In this document: one piece after another, positions 55,614-64,000 of the stretch
Layout of the letters: every line of letters starts with the position of its first letter
Numbering within the stretch: position 1 is the stretch's first letter
IMG/VR virus record: IMGVR_UViG_3300022592_000245
Coordinates: 1 to 64,000 of that record
DNA from: a virus
Taxonomy: Duplodnaviria > Heunggongvirae > Uroviricota > Caudoviricetes
Length of the DNA: 64,000 nucleotides
Strand: one strand, 5' to 3'
Made by a program: the position numbers and the translations under genes
Notes under the pieces: model-generated
Database searches by the model: none
Told to the model about the DNA's origin: nothing
The model's input: only the letters and a program-made list of their open reading frames with translations

Positions 55614-57879
55614 TAATTTACAAGCAGTATTCGAAAGTGCTATTGAAACTGCTAAAAAACTACACCACGAGTACTTAACAATAGAGCATTTGCTATTTGC
55701 TATGTTAGGGGAAGACTCGATGGCCGCTGCTATACGTGGCTACGGTTCTAATCCGTCTGATCTCAGACAAGCTCTTGCAGACTACTTACAAAATAAATGC
55801 GAAGAAATTACAGTTCCAGACGTTGTAGTTAAACCAAAAAAGACAAAAGCAATTGAACGTATTCTTAATCGTGCATTTACACAAGTTTTATTCAACGGTC
55901 GTCAAAAGATTGAACCGACAGATGTGTTTCTTGCTATGATGACAGAGAAACGCAGCTGGGCATTTTACTTTATTAGCCAAGCAAATATTGAAAAAGATAA
56001 GTTTGCTGACTATCTTAACCACAATGTCGAAGCCGAAGAAGGCGGAGAAGAAGAAAACCCACGTGGCGATAAAGCCCTTGCGCAATTTACAACTAACCTT
56101 AACGAAGCAGTTAAGAAAAACAAAATCGACCCTGTTATCGGTCGTGTGGACGAGCTAGAAAACATTGCGTTATCAATGGGCCGTCGTAGCAAGAACAACG
56201 TAATCCTTGTTGGTGATCCTGGTGTGGGAAAGACGGCAATAGCCGAAGGTCTTGCCTACAACATAGTTAAGGGCGCAGTTCCAGATTTCCTCAAGGATTA
56301 TACTGTATTCAACTTGGACATCAGTGCAATGTTGGCCGGTAGTAAATACCGCGGTGACTTTGAAGAACGATTCAAAGCAGTACTTAAAGGTTTAAGTAAA
56401 AAAGGTAAGACTGTGCTGTTCATCGACGAGGCCCACATGATCTCTGGCGCAGGATCTGCTAGCAACTCAGCTAACGATCTCGCTAATATGATGAAACCTG
56501 CTCTAAGCAAAGGCAACATTAAAGTTGTGGCCAGTACTACCTGGGAAGAATATCGTAAGCATTTTGAAAAGGATCGTGCATTGATGCGTCGTTTCCAACG
56601 CATTACAGTCGACGAGCCAACTACTGAAGTTACTTTACAGATTCTTAAAGGTATTAAGAAATATTATGAGCAACATCATAATGTTAAAATCAAAGACGAT
56701 GCACTAAACGCTGCTATCAAGCTGTCAGTTAAGTATCAGGCCGATAAGAAACTTCCAGATAAGGCTATTGACTTAATCGATCTAGCTTGCTCACGTTTTA
56801 ATTTGAAACTATCGGATGATCGCGTTGTAGGCGAAAACGAAATTCAATTCGAACTTAGTAAGATTGTTAACATTCCAGAAGAACAAGTTGCCGAAACAGA
56901 AAGTCAAAATCTTGCAACATTACAAGATAAGCTGTCAGCAGATGTGTTTGGACAGGATCTTGCTGTACAAGAAGTTGTTGACAAGATTATGGTTGCACAG
57001 GCTGGATTGAAACCTGAGAACAAGCCAATTGGTTCGTTTGTGTTCATGGGTCCAACTGGTTGTGGTAAGACTGAAACTGCTAAAGCATTGGCTAAGAATT
57101 TGGGTGTTAAATTGCTACGTTTTGATATGTCAGAGTATCAAGAGAAACATAGTATTTCTAAGCTAATTGGTAGCCCTCCGGGATACGTTGGCTTTGAAGA
57201 GAACGCTGGTTTGTTGATTACACAGGTTCAAGAGAATCCAAATGCTGTTTTGCTGTTTGATGAAGTTGAAAAGTCACATCCGGATGTATCAACTGTATTG
57301 TTGCAGATGATGGATAATGGTTTTATTACAGGATCAAATGGTAAACGTGCTGACTGTCGTCAACTTATCTTGATTTTAACTACTAATGCTGGTGCGCAGG
57401 CAGCAGAAAAGAATCAAATCGGATTCGGACAACAGGAAAAAGAATATAGCGACAAAGAGCTTAACAAATTCTTTACACCGGAGTTCCGTAATCGCTTAGA
57501 CGGTATTATTACCTTTAACAAGCTAGGCAAGGAAACAATGACTAAAGTTGTTAATAAATTCCTTGATGAAGTACGTGAGCAAGTTAAAGAGAAAGGTATT
57601 AAGATTAAAGCAGATAAAGATGCTATTACATGGCTTATCAATAAAGGCTTTGATCCTAAGATGGGTGCTCGTCCATTACATCGTGTTATCGACAAGGAAA
57701 TTAAACGTGATCTTGCTAAGATGATGTTGTTCGGTGATTTGAAGAGTGGTGGATGGTTAACTATTACTGTCGATAACGACAAGCTAGTGTTGGTTGCGAA
57801 ACCTAAAACACCAAAAGTACCATTGTTATCAATCGAAGGGTTAAATGATACTCTACAAGACAACCAATCGATTATTTAA
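55597..57879 (+). CDS. clpA: ClpA-type AAA+ unfoldase (two AAA modules, no ClpB middle domain)
   Basis: Clp_N-like N-terminus. Walker A VGDPGVGKTAIAEGLA and FMGPTGCGKTETAKALA. Confidence 0.85.
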   Translation: MVEPSDNLQAVFESAIETAKKLHHEYLTIEHLLFAMLGEDSMAAAIRGYGSNPSDLRQALADYLQNKCEEITVPDVVVKPKKTKAIERILNRAFTQVLFNGRQKIEPTDVFLAMMTEKRSWAFYFISQANIEKDKFADYLNHNVEAEEGGEEENPRGDKALAQFTTNLNEAVKKNKIDPVIGRVDELENIALSMGRRSKNNVILVGDPGVGKTAIAEGLAYNIVKGAVPDFLKDYTVFNLDISAMLAGSKYRGDFEERFKAVLKGLSKKGKTVLFIDEAHMISGAGSASNSANDLANMMKPALSKGNIKVVASTTWEEYRKHFEKDRALMRRFQRITVDEPTTEVTLQILKGIKKYYEQHHNVKIKDDALNAAIKLSVKYQADKKLPDKAIDLIDLACSRFNLKLSDDRVVGENEIQFELSKIVNIPEEQVAETESQNLATLQDKLSADVFGQDLAVQEVVDKIMVAQAGLKPENKPIGSFVFMGPTGCGKTETAKALAKNLGVKLLRFDMSEYQEKHSISKLIGSPPGYVGFEENAGLLITQVQENPNAVLLFDEVEKSHPDVSTVLLQMMDNGFITGSNGKRADCRQLILILTTNAGAQAAEKNQIGFGQQEKEYSDKELNKFFTPEFRNRLDGIITFNKLGKETMTKVVNKFLDEVREQVKEKGIKIKADKDAITWLINKGFDPKMGARPLHRVIDKEIKRDLAKMMLFGDLKSGGWLTITVDNDKLVLVAKPKTPKVPLLSIEGLNDTLQDNQSII

Positions 57880-58480
57880 AGGACAGTATCAGTATAAGAT
57901 AGTTCTAACTGTCCCTGGATCTAGTTTATTTAGATCCGGGGACATGGACGCCACTCTTAGACAATTGCAAAAGATTGACCTAAATAAAACTTCCGATTTA
58001 TTGTTCTATAGGGCAAACATCAAATCAAAAGATGATTTAGATTATACGTTTAAGCTGCAATCCACTATTAAAAAATTAGAAAGCAAACTGTGGCTTAGAG
58101 TTGAGAGTCCGTGGGTTAGTGTGTATACTAACGAAAAATCGGTGGTAAAATCTCTTACTAAACTAGACGAAAGTCGTGTAAAATACGTGTGCGCACCTCC
58201 GGAAGGTGGTACGCTAGTTAGTGGTACAGTTATTTTACCAAAGATTAATTTTGAGTATAAAGTAACATTAGGCAAAACTAATCACGAAAATAGTGCATTT
58301 ATTGAATGGGCTGAACAAAATAGCAAAGTCAAACTGACAAAAAGCTGCATAAATCATCTAACAAAAGACTCGAGTTGGGGTGGTTCTTATTTTTATATCA
58401 CCGGAGATAAGAATTTACTAGTGGCTAAAATGCATTTAGGCGGGTCTATTGGCAAGATAGAACGAGTAGTTAAAGCGTAG
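57845..58480 (+). CDS. hypothetical protein
   Basis: 211-aa ORF that overlaps the clpA end. Confidence 0.4.
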   Translation: MILYKTTNRLFKGQYQYKIVLTVPGSSLFRSGDMDATLRQLQKIDLNKTSDLLFYRANIKSKDDLDYTFKLQSTIKKLESKLWLRVESPWVSVYTNEKSVVKSLTKLDESRVKYVCAPPEGGTLVSGTVILPKINFEYKVTLGKTNHENSAFIEWAEQNSKVKLTKSCINHLTKDSSWGGSYFYITGDKNLLVAKMHLGGSIGKIERVVKA

Positions 58481-58523
58481 CTGTTTACGATAAATATAAG
58501 ATAACTCAAAAACGGATTAAACT

Positions 58524-58898
58524 ATGCGAATTAAAGATCTATTAGAAGGAACACAATTTAAACAAGACGACTGGGTCTCTGTTAATGACGATAAGTCACG
58601 TGAACCAAACTTTGACATTGCTGAAGATTTAGCGTTCTTCATGAATAATGATGACGATACATATCGCCGCCATACATATCCAGGAATTGTTAAGTGCATT
58701 AAACATCAAGAGCTAAAGAAAAAACTTAGCCCTGCAATCTTTGAAAAAGCAGTTAGAGAAAGCTACAAAAATTATATTAAAAAGTTTCCAATTCGTGAAT
58801 TACCAACTGAAATAGATGATAAAATTTGCAAGGAAACTTGTGATAAACTTCACGAAGAAATTTCTCAACATATCAGCGATGGAAAGTACAAGGACTAA
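58524..58898 (+). CDS. hypothetical protein with the shared N-terminal leader (MRIKDLLEGT)
   Basis: The leader motif recurs in four downstream genes. Confidence 0.5.
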   Translation: MRIKDLLEGTQFKQDDWVSVNDDKSREPNFDIAEDLAFFMNNDDDTYRRHTYPGIVKCIKHQELKKKLSPAIFEKAVRESYKNYIKKFPIRELPTEIDDKICKETCDKLHEEISQHISDGKYKD

Positions 58899-58900
58899 TT

Positions 58901-60055
58901 GTGTTAATAAGGGAACTATTCCTTACTGAGAGCGCAACTAAGCAGCCTGCTAAAAAGCTAGGGCGTACATTCAACCACCTAGAGGATCTTGTATTCTTCC
59001 ACGGAAGTCAAGGTACACTAGAAGCATTACAACATTTAAAAGAATTTGCTACTCCAGAAGGTTCTACTTCTATTCGCATGAAATGGGATGGCAGTCCTCA
59101 AGTATACTGGGGCCGTGAACGTGCTAATGGTCCGTTGATATTCACAAGTCATAACGGTTGGCTGAGAGGAGTGAAAACTTCTAGTGCTAAACAGTTATAC
59201 GAATTCATTGTTAATCAAAGCGGAAATACTAAGACTGTCGAGGAACTAGAATCACGAAAAGCATTTGCTAAAGAGTTCGCTAGTTTATATCCAGTGTTTG
59301 ATGCAGCTACGCCTAAAGACTTTGTAGGCTTTGTCTACGGAGACATTCTGTTTGCACAACCACAAAGCATTAACGAATCTGGAAACTATTCGTTTAGTCC
59401 TAATCCAAATACACAAACAACTTATCACGTTAAGCCTACAAGCAAGCTAGGACAGCGTATAAGCGCAGCAACGTCTATGGTAGTGGGTCATGCCTACTTT
59501 CCGCAGTTTGGCATGTTAGACGAAGCGCAAGAGCCCATTAAAGACTTCAGTAAGTTCAACAGAACAAGTAAACTAATTGTACAAGAACCAATTTACAATC
59601 AAGGTAGTATTAAAGTTAGCACACCTGAGTTGTTAGAAACTGAGCAATATGTTAAAACAAGAGCTAACAAGATTGATAAGTTTCTAGAAAGTACTTCTGG
59701 GCTGAGCGATCTTAAAGATATTATCTACAAGTTTGTTAATCAAACTGCAAAAGCAAAACAACTAGAATCAATTAGTACTCATAAGTTTTTTAATTGGTTG
59801 GCATCTAGTAAAGTTAGCCCAACTAAACAACAAAAAATTCATGCACTAAATGAACAGCATAATGCGTTAGACGATATTTTTACATTAGTCAAACGTATTC
59901 AAAATACGAAAGATAATATCATTGAGCAAATTGAAGAGCAACATTCTGCCGATATATGGGACACGCACGGTGAGGGTCGTGTACGCTATGCAGATAGCAA
60001 TAAACAATTTGGACACATTAAATTAGTACCTAGAAAGCGTTGGACTCCTAAATGA
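58901..60055 (+). CDS. hypothetical protein with the leader-like N-terminus (GTG start; VLIRELFLTE)
   Basis: 384-aa ORF. GTG at 58901. Confidence 0.45.
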   Translation: MLIRELFLTESATKQPAKKLGRTFNHLEDLVFFHGSQGTLEALQHLKEFATPEGSTSIRMKWDGSPQVYWGRERANGPLIFTSHNGWLRGVKTSSAKQLYEFIVNQSGNTKTVEELESRKAFAKEFASLYPVFDAATPKDFVGFVYGDILFAQPQSINESGNYSFSPNPNTQTTYHVKPTSKLGQRISAATSMVVGHAYFPQFGMLDEAQEPIKDFSKFNRTSKLIVQEPIYNQGSIKVSTPELLETEQYVKTRANKIDKFLESTSGLSDLKDIIYKFVNQTAKAKQLESISTHKFFNWLASSKVSPTKQQKIHALNEQHNALDDIFTLVKRIQNTKDNIIEQIEEQHSADIWDTHGEGRVRYADSNKQFGHIKLVPRKRWTPK

Positions 60056-60621
60056 AAATAAGCGATTTACTTAAAGAAACTACTGTAGGTATTTGCTTTG
60101 GCAGATTTAATCCTCCACATAGAGGACACGCTGCTGCTTGGAAAAACGCAAGCGAGTGTGATCATTGGGTTGTTGGTACTAACGAAAATACCCGAGATAG
60201 AAAAAATCCGTTACCATATGATGTAAAAGTAAAATGCATGGAAACTGTATATCCTAAAATTGAAGGGCACATAGTTCCAGAGCAGAGCGTGTTTACTCTG
60301 GCAACTACTGTTTATAAAACATATGGCGAAAATGTAGATTTAAAAGTATACACAGATGAAGATTGGCTTACAGAAAGTTTAATCAAGTATAACGGCAAAG
60401 AGTCCAAACACGGATACTATAAATTTAATAGTATTTCACAAGCGCCTACTCCTAGACTAAGCAGTGCTACAAGTTTACGTACAGCAGTATTAGAAGACAA
60501 TCGACAACAGTTTAGTGTTGCTGCTGGTATCTCCGACGATACCCCTATTAAAATAGAAGGTAAAACCGTCAAATTCTTCGATTTAGTTGCTAATTATTTG
60601 AAAGCATATCCCGTTAAGTAA
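60052..60621 (+). CDS. (H/T)xGH nucleotidyltransferase, NMN adenylyltransferase (NadM)-like, with the shared leader (MKISDLLKET)
   Basis: GICFGRFNPPHRGH, the nucleotidyltransferase-superfamily HxGH motif in archaeal/phage-NMNAT context. Confidence 0.5.
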   Translation: MKISDLLKETTVGICFGRFNPPHRGHAAAWKNASECDHWVVGTNENTRDRKNPLPYDVKVKCMETVYPKIEGHIVPEQSVFTLATTVYKTYGENVDLKVYTDEDWLTESLIKYNGKESKHGYYKFNSISQAPTPRLSSATSLRTAVLEDNRQQFSVAAGISDDTPIKIEGKTVKFFDLVANYLKAYPVK

Positions 60622-60633
60622 AATAAATACTTA

Positions 60634-60927
60634 ATGAGGCAATATAGAATTACGACTGAGCATTTAAATCAAACATCTGATGATGATTGTTATCTTGCAC
60701 CCGAAGATCCTATACACGAATTAAAAGCAATTACACAATTAGCAGGGCTTGGCGCTGATGCTAGATTGCACGAATTACGTGCAAATCAGGGCAGCAATAT
60801 AAGTGTAACTGGAGATAGCAAAGGCGACCTTATGCGTAAGCATAATATTAAATCAGGAACACCAGAATGGTTCCAGTTATGGTTTAGTTTACCTTACATG
60901 ACTGGAGAACCTCCTGTAGGAAAATAA
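60634..60927 (+). CDS. hypothetical protein
   Basis: 97-aa ORF. Confidence 0.35.
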   Translation: MRQYRITTEHLNQTSDDDCYLAPEDPIHELKAITQLAGLGADARLHELRANQGSNISVTGDSKGDLMRKHNIKSGTPEWFQLWFSLPYMTGEPPVGK

Positions 60928-60928
60928 A

Positions 60929-61309
60929 ATGAAAGTAAGAGATATTATAGCTGAGACAAAAGTTAGTGGACTTAAACAACATCACGAACGTGTCGGAAAA
61001 GGCGTAAGTCGTTCTCGTGACGTAGGTGGATACGATCGTGTATACCACTTAAACCGTATTGGAATGGCAATGGCAATGGCGGACGGTACTGATACAAAAG
61101 CAGTTGATAGCCCTTCAGAAACTTGGTTTGAAAAATATAACACATATCATCCTATGACTAAAGAGGAAGATAACATGATTAAGGCTGCTCATAAAACAGT
61201 ACCAACCGACGGTAAGGTTATTAGTTCGTTTGGCAAGAGTATGGAACCAACTGATACCAATATAAAGAGTCCAATTGCAAAGCCTAAAAAGAACAAATAC
61301 GGTGTTTAA
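60929..61309 (+). CDS. hypothetical protein with the shared leader (MKVRDIIAET)
   Basis: 126-aa ORF. Confidence 0.45.
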   Translation: MKVRDIIAETKVSGLKQHHERVGKGVSRSRDVGGYDRVYHLNRIGMAMAMADGTDTKAVDSPSETWFEKYNTYHPMTKEEDNMIKAAHKTVPTDGKVISSFGKSMEPTDTNIKSPIAKPKKNKYGV

Positions 61310-61311
61310 TT

Positions 61312-61572
61312 ATGAGAATCAGAGATATCATTGAAAGTGCAACAGGCGGTGCTACAAATACTGCTAGCGTAGGAACTTTAGTAAGCCCACAAGTTGCTCT
61401 AGGTAAAAAGAACATTGGTAAAAAGAGTTACACAGGAAGTCCTGGAAAATCAGGGACAAAGGCGCCTAAAGTACCTAAAGTTGTACAGCCTAAAAAATCA
61501 GACGGAACCGCAGTAAATGGACTCGATATTAAGGGTGCTAACTTATTCGGCGGCGGTGCTGTAAAACGATAA
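61312..61572 (+). CDS. hypothetical Gly/Lys-rich protein with the shared leader (MRIRDIIESAT)
   Basis: 86-aa ORF. Confidence 0.45.
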   Translation: MRIRDIIESATGGATNTASVGTLVSPQVALGKKNIGKKSYTGSPGKSGTKAPKVPKVVQPKKSDGTAVNGLDIKGANLFGGGAVKR

Positions 61573-61599
61573 ATACTAACAGAATACGGAGTTATTACT

Positions 61600-63000
61600 A
61601 TGCCAAAACAACTTAATGAATTTGCGTCAGAACAACCTGAACTAGGTAATGCTGCTGGCGCTGAACCAGCAAATGCAACACCAGACGGAGGTCATGACCA
61701 CGAAGGTGCAATGGCAAAGGCTGATTTATACAAACTAGCTAACTATAGCATGAAGCTATTCAAGCAAATTGACGATCAACAGCAATTAGAAGCTTGGGTA
61801 CAAGCAAAGATTACTAAAGCTGCTGACTATATTGCAAGTGTATATCACTATTTAGAATACGAAATGAAGTTTAGCGAATATGGTTCTAAACTAGAAAACA
61901 GTGATGTCTACAATGAAAGCGAAAAGCTAGAACTAAAGAATAAACTACAAGAAGCTCGTGAGATGCTTAAGACTCTTAAACTTCAACAAGCTGATAGACT
62001 TGATGAAGGCAAAAAGTCTAAGAAAGCAGATAAAGATTATGACGGCGATGGTAAAGTTGAATCTGGCAAGGATGAGTACTTAGGAAGTAAAATTGCTGCT
62101 GCTAAGAAAGCAGGCAAGATGGAAGAAAGCATGGGCGGCGGATACGAAGCATGTGAACACTGCGGTGGCACAGGACATGTAGAAACTCCATCTAAATCAT
62201 GGAGCCCAGAAGCTAAAGCTAAAGCTGCTGCTTACAATAAAAAGGCAAAAGCATACCACGCTGCTAGCAAACGCATCGATGCAAATAATAACGGCATTCC
62301 AGATGCTGAGGAAGGTTTAGATAAAAAAGAACCTGCTTCTAAAAAAAAGCCCGTAGCTAAGAAAGAAGAAGAATCTACAGAAGAAAGTCAAGGTTCTTCT
62401 AAGCACAGCTTTGGACAAGGCGTTTACGAAAACGAAGAAGTAAAAGGTGCTAAAAAGCCTAAGCAGCACAATAAAGAAATCAAGAATCGCGATGACGATT
62501 TAGACGAAGGCAAGGACGAAGGCAAGCCAGGTAAGAACTTTGCTAAGATTGCAAAGAAGGCTGCTAAAGAATACGGTTCTAAAGAAGCAGGCGAGCGTGT
62601 AGCAGGTGCCGTTAAAGCTAAGTTAGCTAAACAAGGTAAACTTGAAGAAGGTGTAATAGGCGACGTTGGACAAGCTGTTAGCAATTTTGCAGGCGATATG
62701 TTTAACACAGATGCTAGCTTAGAGCGTCGTAGTCCACAACTTCAAGCATTGATTGCAATGCGTAAAAAGTTTCCAGATGGATCACCAGAAGCAAAACAAT
62801 TAGATGCACGTATTCAAGCACAAAAAGATCGTGTTGCAACAGACGGCGGTGAAGTTGCAGGTCAAGGCGGAATGCCAAAACCAGTAGTTGATCCAGCAAC
62901 ATTTAAACAACAAAATCCTAACTTCAAATACGAAGAAAGCATTAACGAGTCTGCAGAACTAGCTCGTATGAAAGAATTTTTAACACGTTTGAACGGATAA
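61600..63000 (+). CDS. Lys/Glu/Ala-rich protein with a single CxxCxGxG motif (CEHCGGTGH). Possible internal virion or DNA-associated protein
   Basis: 466-aa ORF with highly charged low-complexity composition. Confidence 0.45.
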   Translation: MPKQLNEFASEQPELGNAAGAEPANATPDGGHDHEGAMAKADLYKLANYSMKLFKQIDDQQQLEAWVQAKITKAADYIASVYHYLEYEMKFSEYGSKLENSDVYNESEKLELKNKLQEAREMLKTLKLQQADRLDEGKKSKKADKDYDGDGKVESGKDEYLGSKIAAAKKAGKMEESMGGGYEACEHCGGTGHVETPSKSWSPEAKAKAAAYNKKAKAYHAASKRIDANNNGIPDAEEGLDKKEPASKKKPVAKKEEESTEESQGSSKHSFGQGVYENEEVKGAKKPKQHNKEIKNRDDDLDEGKDEGKPGKNFAKIAKKAAKEYGSKEAGERVAGAVKAKLAKQGKLEEGVIGDVGQAVSNFAGDMFNTDASLERRSPQLQALIAMRKKFPDGSPEAKQLDARIQAQKDRVATDGGEVAGQGGMPKPVVDPATFKQQNPNFKYEESINESAELARMKEFLTRLNG

Positions 63001-63004
63001 TAAT

Positions 63005-64000
63005 ATGGACATGAAGCGCATACTACAGGCGATGGACGGTGTTGCTGCAAAGCCTGTAGAAGGCGGCAACGACATGTCTAAATTTTTATCTATTATAGAT
63101 AAAAATAATGTTGAAGTATTAAACGAAGGTGCTAACCCACATAAAGTTTCATTGCCAGTTCAAATGGCAATGAATCATTATCAGGAACCAGTAGCTAAAG
63201 TTGCACCTACTACAAAGAAACCATCTTTATTAAAACAATACTTTGCAGAAGCAGAAAAACAACAAGAGCAAGAGCTTGCCGTTGAACAAGAGAAACTTAA
63301 AATGTATTCTCAAAAAATTGCTAAAAGAGTATTGGAAGCAAGACTTGCACCTGATCAAATTGCAAAACTACAAAAATTCAAACAACAAAATGCAAAACCT
63401 TTAGAGCCACAAAAGCCAGAAGGTGAGCCATTAAGCGCAGAAAAACAAGCAGAGATTGAGCAATGGGGTAATGATTTAAAATCATACTTTGATACCAGAA
63501 CTACTGTTGGCAAAAGAACACACCAAGCTCCGATAAAGCATGTTCAACAATCTGCACCTGCTCCTGAACCAGAAGAACGAAGTGTTGATGTTGACTCGTT
63601 ATCATTACCAGAACTACAAAATTTATTACAAAAAGTAAATTATTTAATTCGTGTAATGGAAGAAGTTGAAAAGTTATCTGTTCGTGCAGAAAAATTTCCA
63701 GGCGGGTTAACTCCTGGTCTTGCAGCAGATCTCGATATTAATGTACCTACTCCGACTAACGCAGAAGAATATGACGCTGCTATTGAAATTTGGAGTAAAA
63801 AATTAGAAAAATTAAAACAATTTATTGCTTTGAAAAAAGCTACTTGGGCTAAAAAGAAAACTCCTGTTTATGAAAACCAAGAGCAACAAGCTACTAGAGA
63901 CCCGCGTGTTATTCAACAAGAAATCAAAGCGGCAGAAAAAGAAGCGGCAAAAATTGATTACACTCTTGCAAAAGTAAGAGAAGTTACTAAAGAAATTAAG
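63005..64000 (+). CDS. 3'-partial CDS, helical K/E/Q-rich protein. It continues beyond the window
   Basis: ATG 63005 after a double stop (taataATGg). The frame is open to nt 64000. Confidence 0.45.
   Translation, partial: MDMKRILQAMDGVAAKPVEGGNDMSKFLSIIDKNNVEVLNEGANPHKVSLPVQMAMNHYQEPVAKVAPTTKKPSLLKQYFAEAEKQQEQELAVEQEKLKMYSQKIAKRVLEARLAPDQIAKLQKFKQQNAKPLEPQKPEGEPLSAEKQAEIEQWGNDLKSYFDTRTTVGKRTHQAPIKHVQQSAPAPEPEERSVDVDSLSLPELQNLLQKVNYLIRVMEEVEKLSVRAEKFPGGLTPGLAADLDINVPTPTNAEEYDAAIEIWSKKLEKLKQFIALKKATWAKKKTPVYENQEQQATRDPRVIQQEIKAAEKEAAKIDYTLAKVREVTKEIK

Overview
This window reads as part of a large virulent bacteriophage genome (about 38-40% GC). Almost all genes are on the + strand, tightly packed, with many ATGA/TAATG start-stop overlaps. 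I found no rRNA, tRNA or CRISPR array.

From 5' to 3' the main blocks are:
(1) A membrane-stress/proteostasis and nucleotide block: a 5'-partial signal-peptide protein, an SPFH/band-7 protein, ClpP, an HExxH protein, an ATP-dependent DNA ligase with an apparent -1 frameshift, a MazG-like protein and a 2OG-oxygenase-like protein.
(2) An unusual cluster at about 7.4-12.8 kb: two paralogous radical-SAM proteins that carry a SPASM-like Cys motif N-terminal to the CxxxCxxC core, a GT9 heptosyltransferase-like glycosyltransferase and a B12-binding radical-SAM enzyme.
(3) QueD/PTPS, a UvdE UV-damage endonuclease, and small basic or zinc-ribbon proteins on the - strand bounded by a bidirectional terminator, followed by an IscA/HesB Fe-S carrier.
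(4) A roughly 27 kb host-recognition/tail-fibre module. It holds a 3432-aa fibre with six or more copies of a Cys-Arg-Asp repeat module, a collagen-like fibre, a 1953-aa fibre, a protein with three LamG domains, a papain-like C1 peptidase and an Ig-like (LPPGL repeat) protein. Three of these proteins share the same roughly 35-aa N-terminal domain. The module is interrupted by an inverted two-gene islet that contains a QueC-like PP-loop ATPase.
(5) Replication and lysis genes: an orphan DnaE-like fragment, GroES-like, an RFC-box clamp loader, dCMP deaminase, PhoH (- strand), a GH19 endolysin, i- and o-spanins and Gly-rich membrane proteins.
(6) DnaJ, peptide deformylase and ClpA.
(7) A cassette of five consecutive genes, one a (H/T)xGH nucleotidyltransferase, that all begin with the same roughly 10-aa leader (M-[KR]-[IV]-[KRS]-[DE]-[LI]-[LIF]-x-E-[TS]). 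This resembles a capsid-targeting/prohead-protease leader.

Several near-consensus sigma70-type promoters (TTGAnn-17-TATAAT) and rho-independent hairpin terminators are visible.

The most novel candidates are the SPASM-first radical-SAM pair with its GT9 and B12-rSAM cluster, the shared-leader cassette, and the triple shared N-terminal fibre anchor. All functional calls rest on motif recognition by eye. None was confirmed by a search.
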